Made by a program: the position numbers and the translations under genes | Part shown: one piece after another, positions 56,400 to 60,668 of the stretch | How positions within the stretch are numbered: position 1 is the first letter of the stretch | How the letters are laid out: every line of letters begins with the position of its first letter | From: an uncultured Candidatus Saccharibacteria bacterium | GTDB taxonomy: Bacteria; Patescibacteriota; Minisyncoccia; Phycocordibacterales; UBA9973 | DNA length: 60,668 nt | Direction: 5' to 3' | Assembly (NCBI GenBank): GCA_964402895.1 | Contig: CAYODR010000004.1 | Location: 34,209-94,876 of the forward strand | Notes under the pieces: generated by a model | Seen by the model: only the letters and a program-made list of their open reading frames with translations | Databases searched by the model: none | What the model was told of the DNA's origin: nothing

Positions 56400-56489
56400 A
56401 GTGTAGATCGAAGACAGTAGGCATATAAGTCCTACCGAGGTCGAAAACTCACTTTTAAATCTACACTTACATTAAAAATTTTATTTATT
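56400..56489 (+). promoter_or_regulatory. structured rplJ leader (L10-leader-like)
   Basis: The outer stem pairs GTGTAGAT (56401-56408) with ATCTACAC (56459-56466). The inner hairpin pairs GTAGG with CCTAC. Confidence 0.5.
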
Positions 56490-56978
56490 ATGGCAATTTC
56501 AAAAGAGAAAAAGCAGTCTATTGTTTCTTCTTTCTCTGAAGCTCTGTCAGATGCAGAATCTGTAGTTTTCGTACAATTCGGAAAGGTACCAGTTTCTACT
56601 ACTAATGCTCTTCGCCGCGCACTTCGTGCAGAAGGTGTAGGATATAAAGTAGGGAAGAAGACATTGCTAAAGCGCGTACTCGCTGAAAAAGGTTATACAG
56701 GAGAGCTTCCTCCACTAGAAGGAGAGATAGCTATTGCGTATAGTACTGATCAGCTTGCAAGTGCAAGAGGAGTATATGAATTTCAAAAATCAACCAAGGG
56801 TGCTATCAGTATCGTAGGTGGTATTTTTGAAGGAGAATACAAAGATAAAGATAGAATGGTAGCAATTGCGACAATTCCTTCAAGAGAAGTTCTGTTGTCA
56901 CAAATCGCATTCTTGCTCAAGAGTCCACTACAACGCTTGGCTATTGCAGTCAATGAAGTGGTAAAAACTAAAAATTAA
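56490..56978 (+). CDS. rplJ: 50S ribosomal protein L10
   Basis: The sequence pattern and its position before rplL. Confidence 0.95.
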   Translation: MAISKEKKQSIVSSFSEALSDAESVVFVQFGKVPVSTTNALRRALRAEGVGYKVGKKTLLKRVLAEKGYTGELPPLEGEIAIAYSTDQLASARGVYEFQKSTKGAISIVGGIFEGEYKDKDRMVAIATIPSREVLLSQIAFLLKSPLQRLAIAVNEVVKTKN

Positions 56979-56997
56979 AACTAACTAATCTATTATT

Positions 56998-57366
56998 ATG
57001 TCAAAATTTGAATCATTTCTTACTGAACTTGAAAATGCTTCAGTACTAGAACTCAACGAGCTTGTAAAAGCTATTGAAGAAAAATTTGGAGTATCAGCAG
57101 CAGCGGTTGCAGCAGCTCCAGCAGGAGGTGCAGCATCAGCTGGCGCAGATGAAAAAGACTCATTTACAGTTGTACTAGCATCAGCAGGAGAACAAAAAAT
57201 CGCAGTTATGAAAGCTGTTAAAGAAGCTCTAGGTCTTGGACTTAAAGAAGCTAAAGACCTTGTAGATGGAGCACCTGCAACTATTAAAGAAAACGCTAAG
57301 AAAGACGAAGCGGAAGCTCTTAAAAAAGCTATAGAAGAAGCAGGAGGAAAAGTTGAACTTCAATAG
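56998..57366 (+). CDS. rplL: 50S ribosomal protein L7/L12
   Basis: An Ala-rich hinge and C-terminal [27 protein letters not shown]. Confidence 0.95.
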   Translation: MSKFESFLTELENASVLELNELVKAIEEKFGVSAAAVAAAPAGGAASAGADEKDSFTVVLASAGEQKIAVMKAVKEALGLGLKEAKDLVDGAPATIKENAKKDEAEALKKAIEEAGGKVELQ

Positions 57367-57381
57367 TTTTTAACTTTAAAT

Positions 57382-57419
57382 CCAAAACAAAAATCCCCGA
57401 AAGGGGATTTTTGTTTTGG
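57382..57419 (+). terminator. intrinsic terminator after rplL
   Basis: AAAAATCCCC-gaaa-GGGGATTTTT. Confidence 0.85.
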
Positions 57420-57420
57420 G

Positions 57421-57449
57421 TTGCAAAAAATTTTTAGATATGATATATT
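57421..57449 (+). promoter_or_regulatory. sigma70-type promoter
   Basis: TTGCAA-N17-TATATT with TGa upstream of the -10. Confidence 0.6.
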
Positions 57450-57455
57450 AAAAAT

Positions 57456-57845
57456 CTAAATGTTCTTTATATGGCAGAATTTAAACATTTGCCAATCATT
57501 GTCTTCGGTGTAGGATTTGTTTCGCTAGCAGCAGTAGCGGAGAAGTACTTGAAAAATGATGTAATAATTTTTCTTGAAACAAAAAAATCTACTCAATTGG
57601 AGGAATCATCCTTATTAAGCAATCTTCCGAAAATCGTTTTGATTAACGATCGTAATGAAGAAAGTTTATTTCTGGACTTACCTCACACAGAAAAACAGAG
57701 TCAGTTTTTTCTCTTCAAGAAAAAAATTACAAAGACATTGATAAGGCGGATTTCCAATCGGAAGTACCACCTTAGCTTAGCCAGGCTAAGCAGGCAAAAA
57801 AACAACCAAATTATAAGCCGCGATGTGATATCGCGGTTCTTTTTT
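57456..57845 (+). other. promoter/terminator-bounded unit of about 390 nt. Its only ORF (57471-57869) reads through the terminator, so it may be a decayed gene or an unknown RNA.
   Basis: The terminator CCGCGAT-gtga-ATCGCGG plus a T-run (57813-57845) lies inside the 3' end of the ORF. The C-terminal half of the ORF is basic and low-complexity. Confidence 0.3.
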
Positions 57846-57945
57846 TGTCTAAATTTACAACAAGTATAATTTGATTCGGCAAGATTATTTATTTAAAAAT
57901 ATGCTATAATAGACTCACACTTATAAGAGAGGTGTGAGTAATACA

Positions 57946-58575
57946 ATGGAAATTTTAGGAAAAATGTTGGGCGGTATTCCGCGTGTAAAGGTGATGCGTC
58001 TATTTTTATTAAATCCAAATGAACCATTTGGTATAGACGACATCGTAGAGAGATCAAGATTACAAAAATCTGTAGCAAGAAAAGCTATTACAGGACTTTT
58101 AAGTATGACTCTTATTGAAAAAATAGATTTTATCCAAGAGTTTGAGGATGCGAAAGGGCGAAAGACTGAAAAGCAAATTTCTGGCTGGGTGCTTAATCCG
58201 CGCTTCCCACATATTGAAGAATTAAAACAACTTCTTGTTGAGGGAGAATTCTTTAAGCATGAAGAAATATCAAAAAGATTTAAGCCAGCAGGTAAGGTTC
58301 AGCTTTTGGTTGTATCTGGCATTTTTATTCAGGACTCAGATAGTAGATTAGATCTATTGATAGTGGGGGAGAATATCCGCAAGCCATTTGTTCAGCGTGC
58401 AGTTGCAGTGCTTGAGAGTGAGCTTGGAAAGGAATTAAGATATGCAGTATTTAATACTACAGACTTCAAGTACCGCCTCTCTATGTATGACAAGCTCCTT
58501 CGTGATGTTTTTGATTTTCCTCACGAAAAATTAATTGTAGGCAAAGAGTTCTCCACAACTATATTTTCAAACTAA
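57946..58575 (+). CDS. winged-helix domain protein with an uncharacterised C-terminal domain
   Basis: RVKVMRLFLLNPNEPFGIDDIVERSRLQKSVARKAITGLLSMTLI. The start was set to the internal ATG. Confidence 0.55.
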   Translation: MEILGKMLGGIPRVKVMRLFLLNPNEPFGIDDIVERSRLQKSVARKAITGLLSMTLIEKIDFIQEFEDAKGRKTEKQISGWVLNPRFPHIEELKQLLVEGEFFKHEEISKRFKPAGKVQLLVVSGIFIQDSDSRLDLLIVGENIRKPFVQRAVAVLESELGKELRYAVFNTTDFKYRLSMYDKLLRDVFDFPHEKLIVGKEFSTTIFSN

Positions 58576-58669
58576 TCCCTTTATAAGGTATAATATAGAC
58601 ACTGACCGCCGGCGATCGTCGTGTCAGAATTAACAATAATTTTTAATACGCGCGTATTACAAAAATATT

Positions 58670-59365
58670 ATGCTTATACAGACATGGAGTGAAATATTCC
58701 TTCTCTCGCTTCAAGGACTATGGTACGGATTTATTTCAACAGTACCAGCAATCCTTCTTGCGATTGTGGTATTTATTATCGGTTGGATTGTAGCTTCTAC
58801 ACTAGGTGCATTGGTCACTCGTGCAGTTGATGCTCTTGGGCTTGATAAAGTATTAAAAGGTGCAGGTACAGAACAAGCTCTTGCTCGTGCTGGATGGAAG
58901 CTTCACATAGGTGGAGTTATCGGATGGCTAGTGAAGTGGCTAATCGTACTTGGATTCTTTACTGCATCAATCAATCTTCTAGGTCTTGATCAAGTAAATG
59001 TATTCCTATATCAAATAGTGGCATACATTCCACAAGTGATCATTGCTATCTTGATATTGATTGCAGGTACAGTACTAGCTGACTTTGTACGCAAGCTTAT
59101 CCGTGGTAGTGCAGCTATTGCAAGAGTACGAAGTGCTCGTGCGCTTGGTACTATTGCTTACTATGCTATCTGGATTCTTACAATCATCACAGCTCTTGAT
59201 AAGCTAGGTATCTTCGGATATTTTGGACAAATCCTATTTACTGGAATTGTCTTTGCTTTCTCATTGGCTCTTGCTATTGCTTTTGGTCTTGGGTCAAAAG
59301 ATGTAGCTTCAAGATTTGTAAATCGTCTAGCAGAAGATTTATCTTCTCGTAATGACCAAAAATAG
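58670..59365 (+). CDS. polytopic membrane protein with repeated conserved TM-helix units (of the kind associated with mechanosensitive channels)
   Basis: Repeated units of hydrophobic helix plus amphipathic linker (..LLAIVVFIIGWIVA..L...V and ..IIAILILIAGTVLADFV). Confidence 0.6.
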   Translation: MLIQTWSEIFLLSLQGLWYGFISTVPAILLAIVVFIIGWIVASTLGALVTRAVDALGLDKVLKGAGTEQALARAGWKLHIGGVIGWLVKWLIVLGFFTASINLLGLDQVNVFLYQIVAYIPQVIIAILILIAGTVLADFVRKLIRGSAAIARVRSARALGTIAYYAIWILTIITALDKLGIFGYFGQILFTGIVFAFSLALAIAFGLGSKDVASRFVNRLAEDLSSRNDQK

Positions 59366-59390
59366 TATTTATTTACTATTTTAAACAATC

Positions 59391-59421
59391 AAAAAAGGCT
59401 ACCCTTGGGGTAGCCTTTTTT
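59391..59421 (+). terminator. intrinsic terminator
   Basis: AAAAAAGGCTACCC-tt-GGGGTAGCCTTTTTT. Confidence 0.85.
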
Positions 59422-59436
59422 GATTAGAGAAAATGC

Positions 59437-59465
59437 TTGACTTTTTTTTGGGCCTAGTCTATACT
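59437..59465 (+). promoter_or_regulatory. near-consensus sigma70 promoter
   Basis: TTGACT-N17-TATACT. Confidence 0.65.
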
Positions 59466-59471
59466 AGCCCC

Positions 59472-59553
59472 ACTGATGAATACATATAAAAATCAAAATA
59501 AATAACGGCGTTGCCACTCATTTGTTTTGGCCGCCGATTTAGGCGGTTTTTTT
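59472..59553 (+). ncRNA. candidate short transcript of about 80 nt (sRNA or attenuated rRNA leader)
   Basis: It runs from about 7 nt after the TATACT to the hairpin GCCGCC-gattta-GGCGGT followed by T7. It contains only an 8-codon ORF. Confidence 0.35.
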
Positions 59554-59636
59554 ATGTAATCATTCAGTATAGTTTTTTGACAAAAACATCCTGACATTCT
59601 TTTTAGTTAAAGTCTCATGCTAACGAGACCAGAGCT

Positions 59637-59649
59637 TACTCTTTGATAA
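59637..59649 (+). promoter_or_regulatory. boxA-like antitermination element in the 23S leader
   Basis: TACTCTTTGATAA matches the E. coli boxA TGCTCTTTAACAA at 10 of 13 positions. Confidence 0.4.
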
Positions 59650-59765
59650 GGGGAGTAAGAACAACTCTGTATAACTGCAGGTAAAGAATAGTCAGAGAAG
59701 TCCAATAGAAAATAGATAGCGAGCGGTCGCAATCTAATAGGACTATAAAATGATTTCTAGATTTC

Positions 59766-60668
<903 letters not shown>

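Noticed and set aside
57456-57845. tmRNA, RNase P RNA or SRP RNA in the 390-nt unit after rplL
   Set aside because: It has no GGGG...CCACCA acceptor pairing or T-arm (GGTTCGA.TCC), no GAGGAAAGTCC P4 motif, and no SRP domain IV GGAA/AGCA motifs. The only tag-like reading frame (..STTLA stop) is unconvincing.

Overview
This is an AT-rich, tightly packed 60.7 kb bacterial segment that uses the standard genetic code: TAA, TAG and TGA all end otherwise intact ORFs. Most of it is housekeeping. It carries trhO-pheS-pheT, secE-nusG, rplK, folA and thyA, argS, ndk, a T-box leader followed by ileS-recO, glyQS, rnr, metG-tatD, rpsF-ssb-rpsR, efp, recA, ftsK, rplJ-rplL, and the first ~900 nt of a 23S rRNA at the right edge. 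No tRNA genes or CRISPR arrays were recognised. Several traits suggest a reduced-genome Patescibacteria/CPR (Parcubacteria-like) organism, though this is only an inference from gene content: a minimal PheRS, a pilin-like gene, a peptidoglycan-binding surface protein with Cys-bracketed repeats, L11 without an adjacent L1, many small membrane-anchored orphan proteins, and frequent TGn-extended -10 promoters. The accessory material consists of a surface-glycan gene cluster (44.4-52.2 kb), a tandem cassette array of RNase-fold genes (52.26-55.03 kb), an orphan secreted-protein patch (27.3-29.8 kb), and a modular family of GC-rich palindromic intergenic repeats. The most unusual observations are these: (1) a complete histidine-phosphatase (PGAM-like) domain nested inside ileS. 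(2) A cassette array in which one MazF/PemK-like gene and three strongly diverged NYN-domain genes, plus two gutted cassettes, all sit behind a nearly identical junction of terminator, candidate promoter and 5' leader; a fifth diverged copy lies at 34.7 kb. (3) A pilin-like gene whose apparently leaderless ATG is separated from the pilin body by a G9 tract. (4) Several promoter/terminator-bounded non-coding units. All family assignments come from motif reading by eye; no searches were run.
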